Below are positions 41,501 to 49,115 of a DNA stretch of 64,000 bases, one piece after another. A model generated the notes under the pieces. That model saw nothing but the letters and a program-made list of their open reading frames with translations. It did no database searches and was not told the DNA's origin. Within the stretch, counting starts at the first letter, position 1, and every line of letters starts with the position of its first letter. A program made the translations under genes and the position numbers. The stretch comes from Candidatus Zhuqueibacterota bacterium (GTDB taxonomy: Bacteria; Zhuqueibacterota; Zhuqueibacteria; Thermofontimicrobiales; Thermofontimicrobiaceae). The stretch covers positions 32,001 to 96,000 of the forward strand of contig JBMOPW010000034.1 in NCBI GenBank assembly GCA_049322915.1, in the 5' to 3' direction.

Positions 41501-44034
41501 TCAAACCCTATCTGAAATTGGGCCGAAATCGGATAGCTATTTCCGTGTGGAATGAGTATAAAATTGGTGACTTCTTTTACGGCGGCTTCGATTGTGAATT
41601 CGTCGTGGATGGTGAAGCGAAAATCAGGCGCGGCGACCAGAACTGGACGCACCCGGATGCAACCTGGTGGTATTTTGGGGAGAACGGTGATTTTGAAACC
41701 AAGCCGGTTGACACAATTAACAATCGTCTATGGTTTTATGGCGAATACGGCCTGTCCGAAATCGATTCTGTCACGGCCAACTGGTCGTTCGAGCCGATTG
41801 TAGGCGATACGCTGTATGATGACACCCCGTACGGACAGGTTGCCATTCTGCACAACATAGCATGGATACAGGGGATCTCCGGTTCGTCCATGCGATTCAG
41901 CGGGGCCTATGACTCGTATGTTGAATTGCGGACCAATCTGAATACAGTTCCGCAGTCCATTGAGCTGTGGTTCAATTGCTACGGGCTTCGTTCCGGGTAC
42001 CAGAACATCATTACCAACAAAGGGAGCGGCTCCTTTGGCCATGGCTTATTCATCAATGAAACCGGCCTACTGGGCGTGTATTATTACGATGGTGAATTTC
42101 TGACCGACTACCTGGTTCAATTGAATACCTGGTTGTTCGTTTCCACGCAGTACTCCAATGATCGAATCAGGGTTTATATCAATAACACGCTCGTCGGGGA
42201 GTATGACATCACTGAGGATGAGGCAGGAAATCCCACCGGAGGAAATTACTGCTATCTTGGAGGCAATCCCCTGGGGGCTGATACAACGGCATTCAACGGC
42301 GCTATCGATGAATTGGTGATTAAAAACTCGGCATTTGCGCCATCGCCGATGCAAGCGGTCGCGACAATTTCAGTTTCAGAGCCGGACTCCGTGGTCAAAT
42401 TGAAAGAGTTGCAATTATCGTTCAATGTGTTCCCCAGCCCGTTTAAGCTGATCAGCGGAACCCTGGAATATGCAAAGGGCGGAAGCCAGAATTACCATTC
42501 AGTGACAGTGCCTGCGTCCGATTCGCTCGTTTCACCGGTCATCGTCAGTATTCCCGCCGACTCGATGACCATTCGGGGATTGAAGTACAGAATCTACCTC
42601 ACGACGAATTATGGGTCGGTTTATTTCCCACAAACCGGCGAGGGCGAAGAATATTTCTCCTGGATCAATGTCAGGACCAGCGGCGAGAATTCAACAGTGA
42701 CAATTCCTGAAAAGATATATAAGATGGTTTCTGTCCCGTACGAAGCGGACAGCCAATCGGTGTTTTCTGTGCTTGCCGATGATTTGAAAGAATACAATCC
42801 ATATTTCTGGCGATTGTTCGAATGGGATCATGAAGATACCCAGTATGTTGAATTCGGCGATACGCTCTGGCAATCCGGCCGAGGATTTGAACGCGGAAAA
42901 TCCTACTGGTTAATCTCAACCCGCGCTCTCAGTTTCGATGCCGGCTCAGGACATTCACCATCTGAGACGCATTATCGAATACAGCTAACCCCGGGCTGGA
43001 ACATGATTTCCAATCCATTCCCGTATTCTGTGAGCTGGCTCTCTGTTCTGAAATCGTCAGAGGGCATCGCCGATCCGGTTTATTGGGCTGCCGATGACAC
43101 AATTCGCTGGATTTACAATGTGGAGGAATTGGCGCCGTGGGCTGGTTATTTTCTCTGGAACGGAGACGCCAGCACGCGAAGTATTCTGATTCCGCCTCTG
43201 GAGTCGAGTGAAGTGCCTTTGAAAAAGCCGCTTTCGCTGGCAGATCGATACGAGGAAAAATATGGACAAATCTCAGTTTTGATCGCTGCAGAAGCGCGGT
43301 GCGGAAGATTTGTCGATATAGACAACCTGTTCGGCATCGCTGAAAACGCGAACAACGAACTGGATAGCTACGATATGAAGGAGGCGCCGGCTATTGGCAA
43401 TTTCGTGTCCCTGTTCATCGATAATAAGTCGTGGTCAGAGCAGGGGGGAGCTTACACTGTGGATATCCGAAAGCAGGATGGCGCCGGACAATGCTGGCCA
43501 GTCACGCTTTTATATACACTGGAAAGTCCGCCCAATAACATGTCCCTCTCATTGAAACCAATAACGGCGTTGCCTGAAGATTGGTCGATGTATCTTTTTG
43601 ACCTGTCAAATGATTTAGCCGTGAATATCGGTGAAGAGAAAAGCCTTGCTTTCAAGCCGGTGGCCAAACAACCGACGAAGAAAAATTATAAATTGATTGT
43701 TGGTACCCGGGAGTTCATCGAAAGCAATTCGGACGGGATACCGCTGGTTCCGCTCAAGTTTGAATTGTTCCAGAATTATCCTAACCCGTTCAATGCAGCG
43801 ACGACCATCAGTTTTAATCTCCCGGAACGAATGAAAGCGACTGTGAAAATCTACAATGTGCTGGGGCAACTTGTAAAGACTGTTGTAGACGATGCGGAGA
43901 TGCGTGGCGGGCATCAAACGCTCATTTGGGACGGAAAGAACGAGCATGGTAATTTGGTCACAACAGGCCTGTACCTGGTTCGTTTGGAGACCAAAAAGGA
44001 CATCGCCATTAAGAAGCTACTCTTAATCAAGTAA
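35569..44034 (+). CDS. Giant secreted surface protein: N-terminal beta-rich region, 14 choice-of-anchor D/ASH-type Ig repeats, jelly-roll, LamG-like domain, FlgD-Ig/T9SS-type C-terminal tail
   Basis: Signal peptide; repeat consensus P.I.V...L.FG.V......N.GE..L.I.....F....L.PG....V.F.P......L.I.SNDP......L.G.G; LamG FNGAIDEL; tail LFQNYPNPFN...IYNVLGQLV...WDGKN...GLY...KKLLLIK. Confidence 0.88.
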   Translation: MKAYTWQRVLSLVIAIHFLGLSFAHADITSKHSNIFTLDTRVQNPDPVDGWQIVTNQGNTYNEDIIIDDVGKVWCFYLRNIGPNPPVYMKIFTSTGYIYKHETVVGHASPFTYFVQNSIRAALNSETGDVWVALEGNSGGYFVRYDSTGEVVQDSTLLAEESHLPKIIEGTDGQMWFSWHTFANGGAESFGKIAAYSNSGALAIRPIFVSQFNNVFNTDIAMDDSNQIWVVLDSNDNGNFASRYCVFNEDLDLIIAGNVISNNPIPLNPQRQILADRINGRVWILAKNDTTQKQKLNMYGLDGSLLTSINNVGECAFLRNETNHLEVMRFNSSDPLNKLYQIAMFNAQDGSLFQDWTTEFDSTYSFVRNGLSYEGAQNGLKIYAVHEEENLTRIKFLEVTAGLPEITISPSSVNFDTTKIINGYIKHKDIKVSNIGNATLAITDINNERSNFFVSDTVLQLSPGQSDNITVYFDPADTNVLYDTLIVHSNSVQNNPFEVALAGRGYNPGFPDILVNPTTLDFDSLVVRNSLIRYLYVYNQDVYEHLVISSVTSQSPHFSHSTDGFTLGPKRGEYIAVTFRPTYAGTHLDTLYISSNDPENPNLAVPLFGVGLSGEEPQIVVDVDSLYFGELALGRDKVLYVGIENEGQTTLTVSEIASSDSQFTAEPAEFSLSPYSKRYIAVNFHAYRLGEALATLTIQSDDLEFPEYNIKLVGIGREEYPPSISVYSDSIDFGIVPVGNQSLKYFWVINEGEQTLDVESLVSSDKQFITDRSSFSLTPGGVQMVAVTFVPDEPGLINAELILSSNDPENSRKSVTLVGQGRNLTEPNLVVNAQQLDFGAVGISHSTTKYFTVYNSGEQTLSVTNIYISGVQGNPYNVHPGSFNLSPYQYQTIYVTFTPNVLGQLNGTLNIESNDPPTRTVSLVGTGRLLNDPNLYVDKSLVSFSETAITRTTNSYLWFSNTGEQELIVETMTHSDTSFSVNIDNFSLNPGQSQYVVVSFAPKQVGEYLDTLKVYSNDPEDRLKNIVLLGSGRNLYSQNIQISNDSLAFGAVPINQRITYGLVVYNTGEQDLTISNIGNALPEFLVDTRQFTVSSNSYRTLYITFEPDSLKDYNDELSISSNDPETPVSTVKLSGIGRNLLDQNLATAPDSLFFGSIGVGLNHTMSIQLRNIGEKNLVIDSIRVTHPMFSLSGQSALTLSPGASQWLNITFTPTAVDTFDAELHLYSDDVDSSDFIVPLLGYGRELTGPNLVVSPDELNFQDVPVRGIEEVFLSVYNSGEQHLNITDIQSGDVQFVPAPTELTLSPGASQLVKVTFSPMAIDTFETELIFFSNDGDSSEFEVPMTGIGRDLREQNYVSNVKSVEFGEVMLGQRITRSITFSNSGDLPLVLYNCTTTDTHFVCATDSFIVIGGSEYALQITFTPSDTHFVQADLIFNTNDPDVYSTTIPLRGSGQMDTQQIAVSPGALSFGDVRIHTTRSRSIQVSNFGEKTLNVFNIIPTDTVYSTSIGSFSLIPNETRTVFVYFTPDTIRSYQAQLLFVSDDPVTDTLAVILYGVGRDSLSAAITTSTDSLGFGEVAVDFSRSIHMTLYNSGEKTLQISNITTTDSVFSVGLTNFNVNPNSQALLLVTFTPESITSYADTLTIFSNDPNNDTLLIELTGIGRKQNDQHIAVSDTSLNFGVVPTDRSSTKTFWVYNNGEKTLDVTQIAVSDSQYTVNKEWLLIAPGQYEYLQVTFSPDLEDTIKAVLTLTSNDPDESDKTIQLSGIGELYTGPRIIALNNSLNFGNMLIGATKKMTFRVKNLSLTDTLIINNLTSNNSNFTVSKSEIKAPPMDSTSIQVTYKPNSIGYHSAALTLYSNDLYQEQFNFWVYGQGISENVGTNYLANLGWKVNGYSPFGQYFSPNPYTDDVLSGSDILNDPNGRADRAWFVKDVFIYDNPDTAILNICYDDQIFLYVNGTYVYNDTSATPLHWNIADLNVKPYLKLGRNRIAISVWNEYKIGDFFYGGFDCEFVVDGEAKIRRGDQNWTHPDATWWYFGENGDFETKPVDTINNRLWFYGEYGLSEIDSVTANWSFEPIVGDTLYDDTPYGQVAILHNIAWIQGISGSSMRFSGAYDSYVELRTNLNTVPQSIELWFNCYGLRSGYQNIITNKGSGSFGHGLFINETGLLGVYYYDGEFLTDYLVQLNTWLFVSTQYSNDRIRVYINNTLVGEYDITEDEAGNPTGGNYCYLGGNPLGADTTAFNGAIDELVIKNSAFAPSPMQAVATISVSEPDSVVKLKELQLSFNVFPSPFKLISGTLEYAKGGSQNYHSVTVPASDSLVSPVIVSIPADSMTIRGLKYRIYLTTNYGSVYFPQTGEGEEYFSWINVRTSGENSTVTIPEKIYKMVSVPYEADSQSVFSVLADDLKEYNPYFWRLFEWDHEDTQYVEFGDTLWQSGRGFERGKSYWLISTRALSFDAGSGHSPSETHYRIQLTPGWNMISNPFPYSVSWLSVLKSSEGIADPVYWAADDTIRWIYNVEELAPWAGYFLWNGDASTRSILIPPLESSEVPLKKPLSLADRYEEKYGQISVLIAAEARCGRFVDIDNLFGIAENANNELDSYDMKEAPAIGNFVSLFIDNKSWSEQGGAYTVDIRKQDGAGQCWPVTLLYTLESPPNNMSLSLKPITALPEDWSMYLFDLSNDLAVNIGEEKSLAFKPVAKQPTKKNYKLIVGTREFIESNSDGIPLVPLKFELFQNYPNPFNAATTISFNLPERMKATVKIYNVLGQLVKTVVDDAEMRGGHQTLIWDGKNEHGNLVTTGLYLVRLETKKDIAIKKLLLIK
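36778..41187 (+). repeat. 14 tandem ~105-aa Ig-like protein repeats, diverged at the DNA level
   Basis: Counted repeat starts from PEITISP to PRIIALN, most with an SNDP-like motif. Confidence 0.85.
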
Positions 44035-44093
44035 AAGATACGCTCTGGAAATCGGAAGAAAGTCAATGTGCTATGAAAATTTGGAGAATACCC

Positions 44094-45185
44094 ATGTATA
44101 AAATCTATTTGAAAATTCTCGCGGTGATTGCAATATCAGGAACTTTGATCGCTGCGCCTGAGGGTGGAAGATTATCCACTGGATTTGTCTTTCAGAAATG
44201 GACGATTGAAAACGTCACGAATCCGGTTTCCGAAGGCTCCTTTCCGATTGAATTGATCTATCCTTTCATGGATAACCTTCAGGTTCAGGTGAGTCATTTG
44301 CCGGCTCTGTCACAATTTGGTGAATCAAATCTGGCAGGGCTTTCCGACACCTGGATCAGAACGTCGTATTCGCTGATGAACAATCAACTGGCGCTCAGTC
44401 TTGGGGTTGGCCTCCCTACAGGAAAAACAGAGTTGGACTCCACTGAAATCCTCATCACCCAACTCATCAGTCAAAATTCATTCAAGTTCCGACTGCCTGT
44501 TTTTGGTCAAGGCCTGACGCTCTCTGGCGGCGTGATGTATGCGCTGCCAGTGAATGATCTCTTCACAGTGGGTATTGGTGCAAATTATGTGTATCGAGGT
44601 CAATATAAATTCAGCAAACTTTCCCCCTTCGAATATGACCCGGGCGATCAGATTGGTGGAAATATCGGATTTGATTATTCAATCAATCCGTCTCTCACCG
44701 CAAGTCTTGATTGTGTTTATAGCTATTACCTCGCGGACAAGCTGGACAAGACCGAGGTTTTCACCTCTGGTCCCAATTTCACGATTAAATTATTCACCCA
44801 ATACAAACTCGACTTCGGCGATCTGTGGCTGAATGCTTTCTATCGCGCAAAATCCAGGAATGAAACGTGGGATGGCCAGGCGTTGGCGCCGGAAGCGAAA
44901 AATTCGAATGTCACTTTGCGTGAAGTTGAGTTGGGGTCCCGGATCCGGCTCAATGAAATCGTCTTCATCAACGTGCTCACTGAGTTGAGAACCTATGCAA
45001 AGAATGAGTACGATACAGGATCGATCACCATTTTTGGTGGCGGCATTGGATACGATTTATCAGTAACACGGAACTTTGCCCTCTCTATGGGAATTAAATT
45101 GTTCTTCGGAAATGGTGAATTTTTCAATACCACTCCGTCGTTAACTGGCAATGAGTTTTATTTTGGTACTCAATGGTACTTCTAA
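44094..45185 (+). CDS. Putative outer-membrane beta-barrel protein
   Basis: Signal peptide, alternating beta-strand pattern, GLSDTW, LPTGKTEL, YDPGD, C-terminal aromatic YF. Confidence 0.7.
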   Translation: MYKIYLKILAVIAISGTLIAAPEGGRLSTGFVFQKWTIENVTNPVSEGSFPIELIYPFMDNLQVQVSHLPALSQFGESNLAGLSDTWIRTSYSLMNNQLALSLGVGLPTGKTELDSTEILITQLISQNSFKFRLPVFGQGLTLSGGVMYALPVNDLFTVGIGANYVYRGQYKFSKLSPFEYDPGDQIGGNIGFDYSINPSLTASLDCVYSYYLADKLDKTEVFTSGPNFTIKLFTQYKLDFGDLWLNAFYRAKSRNETWDGQALAPEAKNSNVTLREVELGSRIRLNEIVFINVLTELRTYAKNEYDTGSITIFGGGIGYDLSVTRNFALSMGIKLFFGNGEFFNTTPSLTGNEFYFGTQWYF

Positions 45186-45199
45186 TCTGATTAACTTAC

Positions 45200-45895
45200 A
45201 TGGATCATGCGATGAAAAAAATTTTCATTCTGTCGTTACCCTTGTTTCTCTTTATCTCTTTAATTTCGTTTTCTCATGCAACTGAAAAAACAATCGCTCT
45301 TCTTGATTTTTCAAATAATTCTCTTTTCGATAAAGAGAAATATTCCTCATTGTCACCTGGTTTGGCTGAAATTATGATCACCGAACTCAGCAAAATAAAA
45401 GCATTCAAATTGGTGGAGAGAAAAAAAATCAACGCACTGATTGAGGAGATGCAACTTTCGCAGAGTGGTTTGATTTCCGAGGAAAGCAATATTCAGGTCG
45501 GAAAATTACTGGGAGCACAATATCTCGTCTTTGGCAGTTACATGGTTAATTCAAAAGATAAGGTGCGAATCGATGTGCGTATTGTCGAGGTGGAAACAGG
45601 CTTGACAATTAAGGCCGAGGAAGTGACGGACAAACTCGATAAAATATTCGATATCATTAAAAAGCTCAATGATAAAATTATAAAAGACCTGGACATCAAA
45701 TTATCAAGCGCAGAACGGCAGACCTTAGACGAGGGAAGTGCTTCATTAGAAGTGATTGCCTATTTTTCCCAGGGAATAGCATTTGAAGAGAAAAAAGAAT
45801 TCGAAAAAGCAAAACAGATGTACATCAAGGCATTGAAAAGTGATCAAAGTTATGAGCCAGCAAAGACGCGCCTGAAAGAACTGATGCAGAAATAA
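45200..45895 (+). CDS. CsgG/HfaB-like domain plus TPR periplasmic protein
   Basis: Signal peptide (alternative start 45212); IALLDFSN..GLAEIMITEL..LVERKKI..EEMQL..GKLLGAQYLVFGS..DVRIVEVETG; C-terminal TPR. Confidence 0.82.
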   Translation: MDHAMKKIFILSLPLFLFISLISFSHATEKTIALLDFSNNSLFDKEKYSSLSPGLAEIMITELSKIKAFKLVERKKINALIEEMQLSQSGLISEESNIQVGKLLGAQYLVFGSYMVNSKDKVRIDVRIVEVETGLTIKAEEVTDKLDKIFDIIKKLNDKIIKDLDIKLSSAERQTLDEGSASLEVIAYFSQGIAFEEKKEFEKAKQMYIKALKSDQSYEPAKTRLKELMQK

Positions 45896-45914
45896 CATTG
45901 CCACTGAAAATAAA

Positions 45915-45973
45915 AAAAAGCATTTAACTATTAATTTCTTAATGGATAAAAAAACAATAGTTGAATGCTTTTT
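45915..45973. terminator. Bidirectional terminator-like hairpin
   Basis: AAAAAGCATTTAACTATT...AATAGTTGAATGCTTTTT between convergent genes. Confidence 0.65.
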
Positions 45974-45997
45974 CTGTGCTAAAAAAATCGACTTGCA

Positions 45998-46216
45998 TTA
46001 ATTCGCAGCGGCAGCTAAATTGACCTGATAGGGCATCTGTTGCCGTGCGACCGTACCGACGGTGATGAAGCTGTACAAATCTCTTCCGCAGTTATTTTTG
46101 CATTTGAAATTTCTAAAGATTTCATCACAATTATCCTGAGATGTAATTCGAAATTTCTCAACATTACCGCATGATTCACAGGTAATGATGAGTTCTGTGA
46201 CATCGATTCTTTTCAT
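45998..46216 (-). CDS. Small Cys-rich (putative zinc-ribbon) protein, 72 aa
   Basis: GAGGAG RBS; CESC...C...CKNNC. Confidence 0.7.
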   Translation of the reverse strand: MKRIDVTELIITCESCGNVEKFRITSQDNCDEIFRNFKCKNNCGRDLYSFITVGTVARQQMPYQVNLAAAAN

Positions 46217-46290
46217 TGAGCCTTCTCCTCGTATGGCGAATTTGTGTTTTGAATTAGTCTAAATATGGCAATATCCATACCAGGCGATAA

Positions 46291-46338
46291 AGTCAATATA
46301 TAGTATGATCATAATTATTCAAGTACAATATGTAGATT
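46291..46338. promoter_or_regulatory. Tandem NrdR-box-like sites
   Basis: CAATATATAG (46294-46303) and CAATATGTAG (46326-46335), 32 bp apart. Confidence 0.55.
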
Positions 46339-46611
46339 ATTAATTGACAAAGTGTCTCAATTCGGACAAGCACTGGATAATTATAAAACAATCATTCAAT
46401 TGATACCTGGAAAATAACTAACTGAATGTTATCTTAGAATATGAAATTAATTATCATATCATTACTGGTCCTTGTCATTCTCATCCTGAAACGACAGATT
46501 AAAAAAAGTCCCAGCAAAATTAGAGAAAGACGAAGCCGAATCCTGGATAGAATGCGCCATCATGAATGATACGAATTCAATCAGAAAAATATAAATATGC
46601 TAAAAAAACTC

Positions 46612-46642
46612 TTGCATTATTTTTAATTTATTTGTATATTTG
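46612..46642 (+). promoter_or_regulatory. Promoter of the tRNA cluster
   Basis: TTGCAT-17 nt-TATATT(TG). Confidence 0.65.
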
Positions 46643-46657
46643 CAGGCGATAAAATAA

Positions 46658-46729
46658 GCGGGAGTAGTTCAGTGGTAGAACACCACCTTGCCAAGGTGGT
46701 TGTCGCGAGTTCAAGTCTCGTCTCCCGCT
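46658..46729 (+). tRNA. tRNA-Gly(GCC)
   Basis: GCGGGAG/CTCCCGC acceptor; CCACC-TTGCCAA-GGTGG. Confidence 0.96.
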
Positions 46730-46737
46730 CAATTTTA

Positions 46738-46810
46738 GGCGGCGTAGCCAAGTGGCTAAGGCGGAGGTCTGCAAAACCTCTATGCATCGGTTCGACTCCG
46801 ATCGCCGCCT
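46738..46810 (+). tRNA. tRNA-Cys(GCA)
   Basis: GGCGGCG/CGCCGCC acceptor; GAGGT-CTGCAAA-ACCTC. Confidence 0.96.
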
Positions 46811-46823
46811 CGTCTAAGTAAGA

Positions 46824-46909
46824 GCCGGGGTGGCGGAATTGGTAGACGCAAGGGACTTAAAATCCCTCGGATATTTATATCCGTGCCGGTTCGACTCCGG
46901 CCCTCGGCA
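46824..46909 (+). tRNA. tRNA-Leu(TAA)
   Basis: AGGGA-CTTAAAA-TCCCT anticodon arm; long variable arm. Confidence 0.96.
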
Positions 46910-46992
46910 CATATCGAAAATAAGTGCTGTAAATAAATCTTAAAAGCGGAGTCATTTTATTTATGGCACGCTTTTTTATTATAAAAATACAC

Positions 46993-47066
46993 GGGCGATT
47001 AGCTCAGATGGTTAGAGTGCTTGCTTGACATGCAAGAGGTCACTGGTTCAATTCCAGTATCGCCCA
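46993..47066 (+). tRNA. tRNA-Val(GAC)
   Basis: GGGCGAT/ATCGCCC acceptor; CTTGC-TTGACAT-GCAAG. Confidence 0.96.
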
Positions 47067-47163
47067 CTAACATAATGAAAAAATTGAGATATGCCGAATT
47101 CTGCACACAATGGGGATTCGGCTTATAATATTTAGAGGCTGTTAATAAACTGTAAATTGTGAC

Positions 47164-49083
47164 ATGAATAAAATTACAATTACATTCCCTGACGGAGAAC
47201 AGAAAGCCTTTGACAAGGGTATCACCCCGGAGGCAATAGTCAAGGAAATAAGCCATTCATTGGCCAAGAAAACCGTTGCGGCAAAGTTAAATGACAGGTT
47301 GATTGATATTAACAGGCCTTTAGTCGAAAATGGAACGCTTGTTTTTATCACCAATGATACAAAAGAAGGGCGGGAAGTCTTCTGGCATAGCACCGCTCAC
47401 ATCATGGCCCACGCAATAAAGAGATTATATCCCGAAGCAAAATTTGGCTTTGGCCCGGCTCTTGAGGATCGTTTTTTTTATGATTTCGAAATCAATAAAT
47501 CCCTTAGCCTGGAAGACCTGGACGCAATTGAAAAAAAGATGATGGAAATCGTGGAAGAAGATGCTCCATTCATCCGCGAAGAAATTTCAAGGGAAGAAGC
47601 GGTGAAAATTTTCACCGAAAGAAAAGAGCCCTATAAAGTCGAGCATATTGCCGATCTTGACAGCAATACGAGCATCTACAAAGAAGGTGATTTTATCGAC
47701 CTGTGCTCCGGTCCGCATCTTCCGTCGACTGGGCTGGTGAGAAACTTCAAGCTACTGGCTATTTCTGGCGCCTATTGGAAGGGCAATGAAAAAAATCCAA
47801 TGCTTCAACGGATTTATGGAGTTTCCTATCCCAAGAAAACCGAGTTGGATGATTTCCTGTTCAAATTAGAAGAAGCTAAAAAGCGCGATCACCGCCGGTT
47901 GGGACGCGAGTTGGATCTGTTCAGCATAAACGATGATTGCGGAGCTGGTTTGATACTATGGCATCCTAAAGGTGCACTCATCAGAAAAATAATGGAAGAT
48001 TTCTGGCGGGATGAACATCTCGAAGCCGGTTACGAATTAGTCAACACTCCACATATTGCGCGACTCGACCTGTGGGCGAAAAGTGGTCACTTAGATTTCT
48101 TCACCGAAAATATGTACAGCCCAATTGAAATGGACAACATGAAATACCAGTTAAAGCCCATGAATTGTCCGTTTCATTTACTCATTTATAAGAGCCAGGG
48201 AAAAAGCTATCGCGATTTACCAATACGATGGGCTGAATTAGGCACCGTGTATCGCTACGAGCGTTCTGGCGTTTTGCATGGTTTGATGCGAGTTCGGGGA
48301 TTCACTCAGGATGATGCCCACATTTTTTGTCGACCGGACCAACTCCAGGATGAGATTATTAATTGTTTAGATTTCACAATGTTCATTCTAACGACTTTTG
48401 GCTTCAGTGAATTCGAAATTTATTTATCCACACGACCAGAACATTTCGTCGGGACAATTGAAAACTGGGACCAGGCAACGAATGCGTTGAAAAATGCTTT
48501 AGAAAAAAGAGAGTTAGATTATACAATCGATCCCGGTGAAGGCGTCTTTTATGGCCCGAAAATTGATATAAAAATCAAGGACAGCCTTGATCGCGCCTGG
48601 CAATGTACGACCATTCAAGTAGATTTCAATGAACCGGCGCGATTTGATATAACGTATCGCGGCCAGGATGGTCAGGAATATCGGCCCATTATGATTCACA
48701 GGGCACTTATGGGATCATTGGAGCGTTTTTTTGGAACGTTGATCGAGCATTATGCCGGTGCTTTTCCAATTTGGCTTTCTCCGGTTCAGGCTATTGTTCT
48801 ACCCATCACGGATGCTCATGCGGAATATGCAACTCATTTAGAAAAACTCCTAAAAGAGAAAAAAATTCGTTGCAAAGTTGATGATCGAAACGAGAAGGTC
48901 AATCTGAAAATACGTGAAGCCGAAATTCAAAAAATACCTTATATGCTGATTGTCGGGGATAAAGAAAAACAAACAGTTCAGGTGTCAGTTCGAAAAAGGA
49001 AAGAGGGAGATTTAGGTCAATTTCAGATAAATGACTTGATCAATAAAATCACCACAGAAATCGAAAATAAAGTTTGTCACTGA
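47164..49083 (+). CDS. thrS: Threonine--tRNA ligase
   Basis: TGS domain, WHSTAH, DLCSGPH, KPMNCP, RVRGFTQDDAH, IHRA. Confidence 0.98.
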   Translation: MNKITITFPDGEQKAFDKGITPEAIVKEISHSLAKKTVAAKLNDRLIDINRPLVENGTLVFITNDTKEGREVFWHSTAHIMAHAIKRLYPEAKFGFGPALEDRFFYDFEINKSLSLEDLDAIEKKMMEIVEEDAPFIREEISREEAVKIFTERKEPYKVEHIADLDSNTSIYKEGDFIDLCSGPHLPSTGLVRNFKLLAISGAYWKGNEKNPMLQRIYGVSYPKKTELDDFLFKLEEAKKRDHRRLGRELDLFSINDDCGAGLILWHPKGALIRKIMEDFWRDEHLEAGYELVNTPHIARLDLWAKSGHLDFFTENMYSPIEMDNMKYQLKPMNCPFHLLIYKSQGKSYRDLPIRWAELGTVYRYERSGVLHGLMRVRGFTQDDAHIFCRPDQLQDEIINCLDFTMFILTTFGFSEFEIYLSTRPEHFVGTIENWDQATNALKNALEKRELDYTIDPGEGVFYGPKIDIKIKDSLDRAWQCTTIQVDFNEPARFDITYRGQDGQEYRPIMIHRALMGSLERFFGTLIEHYAGAFPIWLSPVQAIVLPITDAHAEYATHLEKLLKEKKIRCKVDDRNEKVNLKIREAEIQKIPYMLIVGDKEKQTVQVSVRKRKEGDLGQFQINDLINKITTEIENKVCH

Positions 49084-49115
49084 GTTGCGTTCAACAAAAT
49101 TAACGGAGGCTAATT

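Noticed and set aside
32961..45895. Curli biogenesis operon
   Set aside because: CsgG-like domains are present, but there are no curlin-repeat (CsgA/B), CsgE or CsgF genes.
46964..46980. Sigma54 promoter (TGGCACG)
   Set aside because: Lacks the -12 TTGC element and lies within a hairpin between tRNA genes.
46658..47066. tRNA genes lacking encoded 3' CCA
   Set aside because: True for all six tRNAs in the window but common in bacteria that rely on CCA-adding enzyme; not notable.
47067..47163. T-box leader for thrS
   Set aside because: Under 100 nt and no T-box consensus; only a single hairpin GCCGAATTC/GGATTCGGC.
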